DNA of 64,000 nucleotides from Phallusia mammillata (taxonomy: Eukaryota). The position numbers and the translations under genes were made by a program. The notes beneath the pieces were generated by a model. It worked only from the letters and a program-made list of their open reading frames with translations. It searched no databases and was not told the DNA's origin. The DNA is taken from positions 25,482,001 to 25,546,000 of the forward strand of contig OZ281497.1 of NCBI GenBank assembly GCA_965637545.1, in the 5' to 3' direction. Position 1 is the first letter of the stretch; each line of letters begins with the position of its first letter. Shown one piece after another: positions 1 to 12,200 of the stretch.

Positions 1-3000
1 GCACGACTTGGGCAAGACAGTCAGTGACAAATTGAACGCCTGTACACGGACTGGCAGTGACTTTTGCTTGCAAATGGTCTGACTTTGCAGCAAAATTATT
101 TTTAAAGAAAACAGTTTCAAGCACAGGGACGCAGTATTAACATATGATGTGTTCGTCTCACTAAGAAGATTTATACAAGGCTTGCTTATTCGTTGATAAC
201 TTTAACCTTGTTCTGTATATTGTTTATGAATGAAACATACAACAAAAACTCGATCTTAACTAGTTATATATTTAGTTAAGAAAGATTCTTGCAATATTCA
301 ACGCATATCCACAAAAATTGTGCAACAAGAATGGGCTTGAATTGCGCCTTGCATAACGACATATTGGCAACAGCTTAGTGTGTATAAAAGGGTGACCTCT
401 TTTGTATCGCGCAACCAAATAGCATCTGCCAGTTTGGGGCTTGATACCAGGTGCCTAACCGATGCTTATACAACACTTGTAATTGTCAAGCGGATGGGGC
501 CGAATCGATTGCAATTGCTTTAGATCGATGGTCGAATACAAACGACCGCGGGACATTCGCTGCTTTGGTCGATGCGATTCTGCAATTCGGCTTTGCAGGA
601 GGCAGTCAGCGCTATCTAACAAAAGGACTAGCATTCACATGCCACAGGATAATGATAAGCCTGCCCATGGAACAATTCACAAAAAGGAAACTAGACGTAA
701 TGACCCTCTTTAGCCAATGGATTGAATAGTGACATAAAAAGGCCTTTCAAATACGACAGCCTTTCGGTCCATCATGCAAGCGAACAAACGCGACCGCTGC
801 CCACCATTCTCCGACAGGGCCCTTCCTTTTCAGGGAACCCACTCCCATAGCAATTGTGCAATCGATTTCTTTTGGTCGGCGTCGCTGGCTCGAGCGCTTT
901 ATTTACCCGGGCCGTGCCCACGTGGGAGCGTTGGTATCGCGTCCCCCCGCGGGCCTCGTTAAACAGAGCAGATGCCGGGGCACCAACAATCGATTCGTGT
1001 GCTGGCAATCGCGTGGGACGCCGGTATCACAATTAGAAACAGGAATTGACGACGAGGCCGCGCGTTTATAGATTGAGCTATTGTGCAGCGGATCCGAAGC
1101 CTTGCGGAACAGCATAAGCTGCACCTTGCCCCCACCCCCCAACCCCGTTAGAGATTCGAGCCCAAAGCGTGGGCTGAGCAAGCAAAGCGCTTGGGTGCAT
1201 TTTATGGCGGTTTAAACACACATGCACCCACGCGTGTTGCCTTTGGAGCAACGTCAAGAGCAAGACGGAATGTATGTGGGTATGGGAACTGGCATTGATA
1301 TCAGATGAAAGATTTGATCCCACGCGTGTTTTTGTTTACAATCGCTTGAACGCATCAAAGCCGAGATCGATGCAGAATTAGTAGGTCGGCCATGCGAAAA
1401 TTTTCTACAGATTTTTGGCTCTCCAAACTCCGAGACGCTCAAAACAAAGAGACTGTCTGTGAACGCGAAAAGAAACAAAGTCGGGACGTCGTGAGAAAAG
1501 ATCGGATTTGATGGGAAAAACTCGCTATGGCATTTCAGGCGCGTTCGTCAACGGCTCGGTGGGGTCAACAATGGACGACTAGCGGTGCTGCGTACACGGG
1601 CCTATCGGTTTCCACAAAACTTCCTGTAACAGCACGTTGCAGTTGGGCCAGGCCAGGGGGTTGGAAATGAGCAATTTCTCATTGGCCACAATTGCTGCGC
1701 TATGTGGAGGGCACAAGGAAAGTGGGTTGAGAGTTTATAATCGCACGCTGGCAAGCCTCTCCGAGCGGCCTCTCGCCGCGCTGGTAAGTGCCGCGCACCC
1801 ATAATCGCGCTGCGAAAGAAAAACAGGCATACCGATCGCGCGGGATAATAAAGAAACAAAAAGAGTGAGGAGCGGTGACGTAAGAGAGGACGCCTCACTG
1901 ACGAGTGCCGTAAAGCTTGGCTTCCCCACGCCAAGCAGACCTTGCTGAAATGACCCCTGGGTTGGGCGGGAGTTAACGGACACATAAAGCGAATCGGCGT
2001 ACAGGCCACAGCGTTCCCATAAACGCCACAGCACAAAAGAAACAAACGAGCTTGGCGGCGTTGGGAAGCAGCTCGGGCGATGACAACGCAAACCCTGTTG
2101 CTATCTGCATGCCAACGCACATTCAGTGACACACGCTCAATTCACAAATGTCCCGGTTCTGAAAGCAAAGGTACACATTACAGATGTCACTCTTTTGGTC
2201 TGTAGGTCATAAATTCGTTTGACCTCGCAAGGCGAGTTTTGGACACAAGCTTGGTCTAGTTAAATAGTTAAAGAAGTGAAGGACATTAAATATGCCATAA
2301 TGAACAAAATAACTGTCTTTTAATGATCATAGTCATACATTATTGCACAACGCGGTTTTGTTCCATTACCCACTATTGTTTCAAAGGACTTTCGTAACAC
2401 GGTGGAACGTCGTTCAAATGGCGTTTTAGGCTTTCAATTGTAACAATGACTATTGTCCAGAAGCCAGCGACGATTGCTCGATAGTTGAAAGCAAAGTGCC
2501 TTGCCGTGATTCATCGCGTTGCGGGACCATTTCCCAAGGCAAACTGCGCATTAGAGGCGAGTGCAATGACCCCAGGCCGTATTGAATCAGCAATGAGGCA
2601 CGCAAACAGCCGCACATTTACCTACACAGCACTTCTGTATGGCGCGTTGGTCGCCATTTACCGCGGCGAAAGCGAACGGCGCCCAACGAATTGATAAGAA
2701 CGGAAACGAAGCAACCGCTTTCCTATCATTTACAGCGCTCCACACACCTGAATGACAATACTAGGCCCTCGAGAGTAGCTATGCGTGCGACAATTCCGAT
2801 TCATGATCACTGGTTCTGTATACCCAAGCTGGAAGATGTCGGGGTCTAGGTCTTTCATGGCGCCTTGTGGGAACCCAACCGTCCCGTGAGAGAGAGCGGC
2901 TCGAAAGGAAAATTCGATATTCGTTGCCGCACCACTGGAACGGAAAGCTCAATAAGGCGTGCGGGATTGCGGACGGGAAAAGAACAAAAGCTGTCGACGA

Positions 3001-5502
3001 CCGACTGTAAATCTTGCCAACGTTAAGAGGCATGGGAGCAGGCGTTGGAAAGACTCATACAGATGTGTATAGCCTTTTTAATCGATTGACAACTGAAGAA
3101 CTAAAAACCGCGAGTGTTGCCAGTGCGTGAGAATCCGTCTTGACGTAAAATCCACAAGTTTGGTGACCTCTGCGTGTTACGATCGAAGTCTTGTTGTACA
3201 GCGGCGTACAAAAATCGCGCTTTTCCCAGAAGGGTCATTAAGTTGGTGCTGTGGCGTTCCGCGGCTTCAGCACCCTGTAACGGTTGTTGAAAATCGGCGA
3301 GCGCAGAACAAAGCCCGCGAATGACGTGCAACCCGATCCCGGGCAGCACTGACTAAAGCCGCAAACATGCAGCAGCGCTTTTCAGCTTTAACTGTTGCTG
3401 GGCAAAGCCCTCAAAGGGGCACCCGGGCAACAGCCAACTCCCACAGGCTGGAGATTTGCCGTGGCGATATATTCGCGTTCAGAAGAGAGAAAGAGAGAGA
3501 ATGGTGGAGCGGTATCGGCCTTTCGTAGAGTTTTTTGTCGCCCCGGGGCAGAACTAAAGTCGCGCAATGCTGTCGAAGACTTGGTTCGTGGCCCTACGTT
3601 GAAAACTAGCAGTAAAACTCCATTTGCCTGCACCAGTAGTTTTTACATGATGATGGAAAGCCGGAAAAACGTGGCGTTAACGTAAACACTAATTTGGTGG
3701 AAAATGTAGTCTGCCTCTTCTGTTTAAAATACACAGAGGTCATTCGGCGCTTGGTGAAAAATTGCAATCGTCCAAACCGCGCCGTTCTTCCTATCATATT
3801 TCCCAGTTTCGGCCCAGTAATCGTCTCCAAGGGGCAACCGAGCGTAGATTCGATTGCCCTAAAGCACAGTCGAGTTGCCGCTTGGGAGATAAGCCCGCGA
3901 TTCGCCTTTACGCCGAGTGGAGAGAGAAGACAGGCTTCGGTTTCCGGCAAATCGGTCTAGAGCACGAATCAGCCAGCGCCGCAAATTTGGGCCAAAATTC
4001 GAGAGTCCTGAATTCGTTGCCCTAACGGTGCAGCGTAAGAGCCGCTCTGCTGCCTAATTAATAATGCAAGGCAGCAGCCGTCGGTAATGATTAGCGATTT
4101 TAACACGAACTAGAGTACGCGTCACCGCCCTATTCCCACATGAAATTGGACACGTAACAAGCAGGTCAACTATGGACCAAACCTAAGCGGTTGAAATGCC
4201 ACCCCAGCTTAAGTCGTGTGCAAAAAGCGGTTTACGTCGCCACTAACGCTATTACTTTTGACACCTCAGTGGCTGTAGGTCGCAATATAAGTCTAATCCG
4301 AAGGTCATACATCGCACAAGCCGGTACAGAGGGCTGTTTCACGACTTGACGTGTGTAGGAACAACACGCAGCGCACAAGGTACACGAACCATCCATCACT
4401 AGCTGCTAAAAATTTCGAAGACCAAAAAGATTGAAGCACAACTACTGCACGACTTTGGAAGGTCGATATGTATGAGATGCCCCAGGCAATCGACATGCCA
4501 GGAATCATCAATAGATCGTTACTGGGCTCCAAGTCAGTACAAAGGGTGCCGGTGTTTTGATTTGGAAGTTTCCTGTGTACCCTGGGACGATTTCCCAAAG
4601 ACGATTATATCAAAGCTCGACGCGTTGCCAGTGAAACAACACGAAACGCCCAGTAAATTAGAAAGAACGGCCGTGCCCATTACGACGTCCTGCCCTGCAG
4701 TAAAGCGACGGCTTCTGGGTAGTGACAGAGACAAGAGGACGTTTCCACGCTTGTCTCGTCTCGAGTTGTCAGGCAGACTGGCTAATGAACATTACACAGC
4801 ACGGCATACCAGTGGAAGTATGTTTCGAAATGATCCCTAACACTTCTCAAGTCATTGATGGTTAACGATGAAAATGCCCCAACCCTACATGAGAAGGATA
4901 TTGCAAAGCGGATCGTGTCGGCTTGATGCCGAACGTGTCACGCAGCGACCAAGGCATCCCTTTAATCACAGACCGTATCAGTATTGGAGCCAGTCAAACA
5001 AGGCCGGCCGCTGAATAATTCAACCTGATTTGACATCAGTCGATGGAATTCATTCTGTGGGTATACGAACACACAACCGGATGTTTGTTGAAGGTTGGAC
5101 GCTGTTCCAAACCAACAAGACGTTGTACACGACATGGCCTATCTAGTTCATTTTTGATTCCACTGCTTTGCTTCGCCATATACGTCCGTACTGATAGTTA
5201 CAGATCGGCACCCCACCCAACTGGAAGCAAATCGCGAAGCGAGACGTGAAATCGCAAGGAGATTGGCAATGAAACGCACTGACGCTTACTAACAGCCCAA
5301 CATATGCTCTCACGCTCTAGTTACGGTTCCCAGACAGACTGTTCTGTGTTATACTCTGCAGTTATGGGACCACGCCTCTAGTCGCACGAGCCTACGGCCT
5401 TACTGGCAATTTCTACCGTATCTCAGTCAACAGGTATTATTGCGTGCCAACGGTATAGAATACAGATGTACTTTGAAACTTTACACCAAGAAAAACCAGT
5501 AC

Positions 5503-7179
5503 CTGAATATCCGAAAGGCTTTCAATGGCTTGAATGATCGACTGTTGTGTTCCCTGGACGGTCGACTGTAATTAAGAAGGGCGAGTTATTACACAGGCGT
5601 AATGTACACTCTAAATAAAACAGGGCTTACTGCTGTAAAAAACACAGCATAGTGTTGTAAAATATTGGGAATTTCATCCAAATAAGTTTGTGATTCAAGG
5701 AAAAACAAATGTTCATTTGACACTTTTCCGGTTATGATTAAACGGAAAAGATTGGGATCTCGGACAGGCATTTCGTATTTAAAGGCTTTTCTACTTACAA
5801 CCTATTCAATTTAGTTGTACATAGTAAAATGAAACAGCGACTATCGGTTTTCATTAGAAAATTGTAGGGTCCTATGAATTCGCCAACGAACGACATAATA
5901 CCAATGTAGGTTTTAATTTCGACGATGCCGCGTGGCAAAGCGTTCGGACGACGTATTATCGCTGTCGAAATGGGGCCGCACCACTAATTGCGGCTTCCTA
6001 AAACACTGCAGGCTGTTTGTAGTACACGTTTTCAACGGGAAATCGCTTACCCAGAAACAAGGCGCACTAAACTCGCGCACGGTTAGAGGCTAGCATTTAT
6101 GCAATTATACGACAAAGTCCCCAAATCGCCACCTCCTATTGAAAGACGCACCAGTTGCCGATTTCACCTGCATTGTGAATAAATCCGCTTTGTTTCAAAA
6201 AACAATGCGCCCATAATGAATTATAGTCAGTGTCCTCTGTGCCAATGAGAACCCTGCGTCAGCGGGTCATGCGCGTGACGCGTCGCGACGGGATAGATTT
6301 TTAACGTCCGGGTTGTGACCATTCATAAACTAGCGCTAGCATGGGACCAAGTTAGTCACGCATACCGCTCAGCCTTTATTAAGTTAAGCCACGATTGTGC
6401 ATTACTGGTGACGCCATCACACGAAGGGATTTGCATTACAGCACAAGGCGAGACATGAAGAAATTTGATTGGCACCCAAAATTTCTTTGTCTTCCTAACA
6501 GAAAACAGACTAACCTTACCCAACCTAACCCTTACATACGGCTTTTGTTGCCACTAATCACCATTACACTTTTGTCAAAAGGCTAATACCAAATTTGAGG
6601 TTGGGTGTTTTGTTTTTGTTACCCAATATTTTGTGCGAAATAAACTTACTACTATGGGTGAAGAATAAATACATCGAAACCATAAGGCATAAACCTATTT
6701 ATGGCTTTTGGCTTTTGATTTGGTCTGCTTACTGAATTAAGTTTAACTTACAGAAAATCCACTTTCAATAGCTGGCAAAAGGGTCACCCTGTTTCCACTT
6801 TGTATGTTGTGCTCAGCTACTGTTCCAGACACAAGCACCCTGTCAAAAATAGCAACTGTTTTACCAAGTGAACATGTTCAGTTGTTCACCACACATACAA
6901 ATGTATATAAATGAGTAAAACAGAACCTTAGTAACTAGTTATAATTTGTTGTTAATATACAGCACATTTTACCCACTTTTCTTTGAACAAAACTTTGAGT
7001 CTATCTCTTGGTGTTTGCAGATGTCTTGAAATTTTCTTTAACAAGTCATCAATGCTATCACTTTGTCCAATTTCAACTTCGAATTGTCCGCCAGTAGCAG
7101 GACAAACAACAACTTGTATAGATTCATCTGAACAACTGCTACTGTCAGATTGGCTACTGTCTTCTTTTACATCCATCAT
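5503..7179 (-). CDS. MIDN: Midnolin-like protein, 5' partial (ubiquitin-like domain plus start of Catch domain); the gene continues beyond the left edge
   Basis: Exons 7179-6977, 6839-6752 and 5565-5503 have GT/AG ends and compatible phases (2, 0, 0). Spliced product: MMDVKEDSS...IQVVVCPATGGQFEVEIGQSDSIDDLLKKISRHLQTPRDRLKVLFKEKVLVSGTVAEHNIQSGNRVTLLPAIESGFSSTVQGTQQSIIQAIESLSDIQ. This matches the recalled midnolin Ubl (...LTLVPTVEAGL) and SRPEQSVMQALESLTETQ segments. I found no exon for the next expected segment (DFLSGRSPLTL) in 1-5500. Confidence 0.85.
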
Positions 7180-9282
7180 TTTTAGGGCTTTTGCTTCACA
7201 AAGTACCAAATGCTTGACAGATTTCGATCCAATTTCTGTTGCAGTTTTGTGCCCAAAAAATTACCAGGCAGTTTTGTAAGCCTACTCAAACAGTTTTCTA
7301 CTTTTTAGGCTTACAACTGAATATATTTTTCCTAAAAAATACCTGAAACATTATTTTGTATAGTCAGTTAAACAAAATATGTAACCTGGTAACAGAAAAC
7401 AGACCAACAGTACTAACCAAAAATGGTTTGTATTTGTATTAAGAATCAAGATACCATACCACAAAACTTTTTACAATCTTACTCATTTGGTACCCTTAAT
7501 CTTAATGTAGGGGTACTTGGTAATGGTAACCTAAATGCACACACCTACAACACATCTCACTCTATGTAACCTCGTTTAATGGCTCTACTAAAACACTTTA
7601 CATGTTACCTTACTGACTAAACCAATACGTAAAGCAGCACTCTCCCTACTTCGTACAACTGTGCAAGCATTTAACGAAGTGACACGAACGCACTAACAGC
7701 GGCTGCAAGCGAAAATGTAGGTTAATGCCAAAAGAAAAGCGGCGTACAGATTTAAAGCCGACATACAGCGAACCGAACTGCCAGAACGCATACTTCGTCG
7801 AGCCCATTTCCCAATAGCTCGAACCGACCCACTGCGTCGCACCACCGCGTACTGTTTGCAGAATAAAAGCTCACAGTGCGAGCGGGCTTTACAGAGAAGG
7901 CTGCCATACAAAGAACGGCTCGAACGAGGCGAGAGCAAAAAAAGAGAGAGGCACAGTGAGAACGGCCTGCTGCTGAGGACCGGACAAAAAAGGCTAGTCG
8001 CGTTGCGTCGTGAGTCGGCCAGTGAATCTTCGGGCTTCGTCACTGCGTGTTTGTTTTTGCGCTTTGTCGGCCAAACATCGTCAGCTGGCACGGTTCGGAT
8101 TTGCCAAGCTAGTCCGACCCGCACGCCCGTCATCAATTCGTGATTTGGCGGAATGCTTAAGTCAGCGCCTGATCTTACTTGTGTTAAATGGTAAGAGGAA
8201 AAGAATGCGCCATGCAGCAGAGAATATCAACAGAGGCTAGGTCAATATTTTTAGAGCCTGTTGAAAATCATTCAGCCGTCCCACTGCCATAACAATAAAA
8301 CGCTTCATAGCTTTTAACCCAAAAGTCTAGTTTAAATTTCTTTTCCTACAAAATACGAAGCAAAACCGGTCGACCTCTAAAAAGAAATTTCATCACTTAT
8401 GTACAACACAACATACAGGCACAGAAATGGCGACTGTTTATTACTTTTCGTGCTATATTATTTAACAGTGCAACCACCAATTTCGATAGCAGCGCCGTTA
8501 TTTTGTGGCTAATGTCACGCTAAATAATTCAAACGAGATCATTTTCCACCCAGAACTGTGACTGAAATTTGAGCCTGGAAAAATTAAATATAGGTCACGC
8601 ATCTCTTGCGACACCTCGAGGATTCTTGACACTCGAAGCTGAATCAGTCTCTGCGTACAGCATTTATTTTGTCACAACACCAGAAAGAAGTTATTGCAAG
8701 GCAAACAACAAGAAAAAATGCAAAATTAAGGCAAAATGAAACTTTCTCTATCAATTTGTAGGCAGCAACTGAAAACGGTCATGGGATGTACGATAATACA
8801 GTACAACAAATTGATAAATTTTCAGAAAAAATGTCAATCGGAAGAATTTTATGTTGGCTAGCACACAACGAAAACTGAACAAAAACAGGCTTATAAGTAA
8901 CAATGATATCCAGAATGAGAAAAAACAAACACTTCGGTCAAATTGAAAAACGAATGCACTTTGTAACTTTTTTACTCCAACGATAATTCTTTCGGTAACA
9001 GTGCGTTTATTTGCGCAAACAAAGTTAGTGAACTTTTTGAAAAGCCAAAATCTTGTTCTTGATTTTTCTCCCTACCCTTGTTTTAAATTAATCAGCAGAC
9101 AAGTAACATAATTCAAGGAAGGATTAGACAGACCCTAAACATAGTGGTTTTATGTAGTCAATTCGTAAAACATTGGAAATTAACACAGATTTTGTAAGAA
9201 CCTTGCTTTCCAATACAACCGTACTGCATATCACAACAAAAAAATAAAAGAACAAGAAAAAGCAAAAAAATGCGATAACAAG

Positions 9283-12200
9283 TTAACCAAACTTATCAAT
9301 GGGCACACAGCCATGCATACATCTTGATCTTTTCATTTTTATTTCTTCTTCAACGTTTCCAGTTTCGAAGTCGATGACAAGCATGTGGTTAAGAGTGGTG
9401 CTGCCTTTTTGTCCGCCACTGATCACCAATTTGCCGTTGAAAGCTGCCAGCCCTGTTGTACATTTTTTTCTTAATTTGACAAGTTTTATTAACAACATAA
9501 CTGCTTCTGTACAGTATAGATCGTATTGCAGTCATTTTGTGCTCCATATAATCACTACCTACATCTACATACGGGATGGGCCAAAACTGCAATTGTTTTG
9601 TTTGGTCGAGTACCGAGCATCTCACGTAAATGCTCGGTACATTGTGGCGTCATAAACATTCCCAATTACACGCTAGTTTTGCAGCATTTTAAGGTCCCTT
9701 ACGTCAGGGGTCCGCAAATACTTTTTGACGCGACCTTAAAAAAATTGCTCTAAATTCTCGCGACCCAAGCATTTTGTTAGCATGTAAGTTTGTACTAAAC
9801 AACTAAATATCAATATTAGTATTATGCTATTGCCAGTTCATATTTTCACATAAAACAGTAGGTAAACGAACGTATTTATTCTAACAAAAGAGAACTGCAT
9901 GTTTGCACAGGTGCGCTTAACTTATTGCATTTTGACATAGACAGTATGTAACAGTTACGCGTAACTACGCGTAGTCATACGTATGTAACAATGTAAAAAT
10001 TAATTAAAAGGTTGAAAAAAGCCGAAGTTCTTTATTAGCTGTAGATGCGATGCTCATATTGATGGAAAAAAAAATTGCGACCCAGACTGCAAGGTCTCGC
10101 GACCCAAATTTGGAAAATGTGATAAAAATGATACTAAATTTAACGTCAAGCCCGAATGAAGCCCGTTCCATTTAACATGTGCTGTAAGGTTAGCTACACC
10201 AACCCATACGGCCAAAAGACCACACCCGACTAACCCTGTCAATAACTATCAAAATTTGTTGAAAAGGGCCCGAAAGTTGGTAAAAAATGCGGCAAAAATG
10301 ATACTAAGTGTAAAGTAAGCACCGCATAAATCCCGTTTTTATTGAAACTCAAGACGGAGTTTGACCTAAACTAAACCGTAGTAGCCCGGCCTGACTTACA
10401 ACTCTACAACTAATTATAGGATTTGAACTCACCGGCAAACTCGAGATTGACTTCATGCAGTTCGCGCCACTGCTCCAATGTACAGGTGCTGGGATCGTAT
10501 CGAAATATCGAACTTGCGTTGTTTGAAATCATGTAGAAGTGGTCACGGTAGAGTGCACACGACAGTCTCGCCAGAGGGCGTCCGAGTGGCAACTGACTCC
10601 AACTGAAAAAAGGTAATTTTGATTTCTATGTTTCGAGATTAATATACTGTTTTCAGGCAAAATTTTCCGTTTTGTCCAACTGCCAATTCGATAGCCTTGC
10701 GATTATGACGTCATATATACATAGGGTGACGTCACTCTTTTACACGTTGTCGTGTATTACATACTAAGCGAGGTTAGCCTGTAGTACGTCATGTTTAAAA
10801 GTTTTTTTTTTCTATTACTGTACCAGTATATAGTATGATTTGAACACAACAGAATCAGCAGTCAAAAATGCTATTGTTAAAAAAAGTTATGATATATAGA
10901 CAGAGGGTCAAATAAAGAGTGTCCGACATTAAAAAATGAACTCAACTTGAATATTAAACGTATGTCAAGGTAGCGGATACTTCCTACGTAGGCACACCGC
11001 TTAAAATAGATTCATAGCAGTTACATCATGGCCTTATCACAATATGCAATGTAAACGCTACTATTTCCCATTATCAAAAGAACGCTGTTCCCCTATCATA
11101 TACTGCACAATGCAAATAGCTACTTCCACCTGACGTGTATTATGGTCGGCAAGCTATCGGTTATGTCAAAGTCAGCTGAACACGTTATTGGGCATGTTAA
11201 AGTATAACACATAAGAGATGACTTTGGCCCATGCCATATAAGCTGTTTTAGATACGTTAAGGCATAATAAACTAGTACTGCTCTTCCAGCAGTTTTTATC
11301 ATAAAAAAATTCGACGTTTCGACGTCCCATACAAGATGCCGTCATCAGGATAATGTCATATCTTGCAAAACAATTTTTACATAAAAAGGCATATTATAGT
11401 ACTTTACAATATTTGGGATTAGACATTGCTTCTAAAGCACAACAACACACATTAACATTATATGCTTTCAACAAACATTACTAAGGACCCCATTCCAGGG
11501 AATCAATACTGTCAAGTGGCTCGTATTTTCAGCCGAGAAGGCTACATTGGTTCAGCAAACCCAAATAGATCGAAACATGTGCCCACAAACCTGCGGGTTC
11601 AAAAACCGAAACCGGCTGTTTCCCTCCAGGTTGTACATCGGGTGCAATCCTACAGCAGAACTAACTACACAAGTACCATTGTAACTGGATCATGCACTTT
11701 AGTGTTGGGGGCCTGTGGGTGAACCTCTGGGCCAGACGGGGTTAAACTTTAGGAGGATCAAGTTTGGATAACTAACTAATATGTGTGTAAATTTGAATAA
11801 GTTTGAAGCAATCTTTCTTGACCAACGGTTGGAACAAGCCAGCCACAATTGATTCGATACTCCATGAATTTTTAGCGTGATTGCTGTTTTACGAAACCGT
11901 TCAACAAAGACAAATTTAGAAAAGTAACAATGCAACTAAAATTAGACTTTACTTGAGGCACCAAAAGTGTAGTAAAAGAAATAGCATGATGGCCCATTTG
12001 TTGCTGGCAACTAGATTGATCGACATAACACCAAATAGGTGCGAAAATGTACAAGAGATTTGAATTCATAACCAACCTGTCCTTAAGAGGGTCGTAACAT
12101 TGAATACAGTCGAGGATAATTTTGCTCGATGTGCTTGCCTCTTCCGTCATACTGACGCCACCAATGACGTAAAGCTTCTCTTTGTAAGAAAGAACTCCTG

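Noticed and set aside
451-5249. Numerous short ORFs in the midnolin intron, including the 176-aa ORF at 1602-2132
   Set aside because: Expected in GC-richer DNA; no motifs, and none encodes the next expected midnolin segment.
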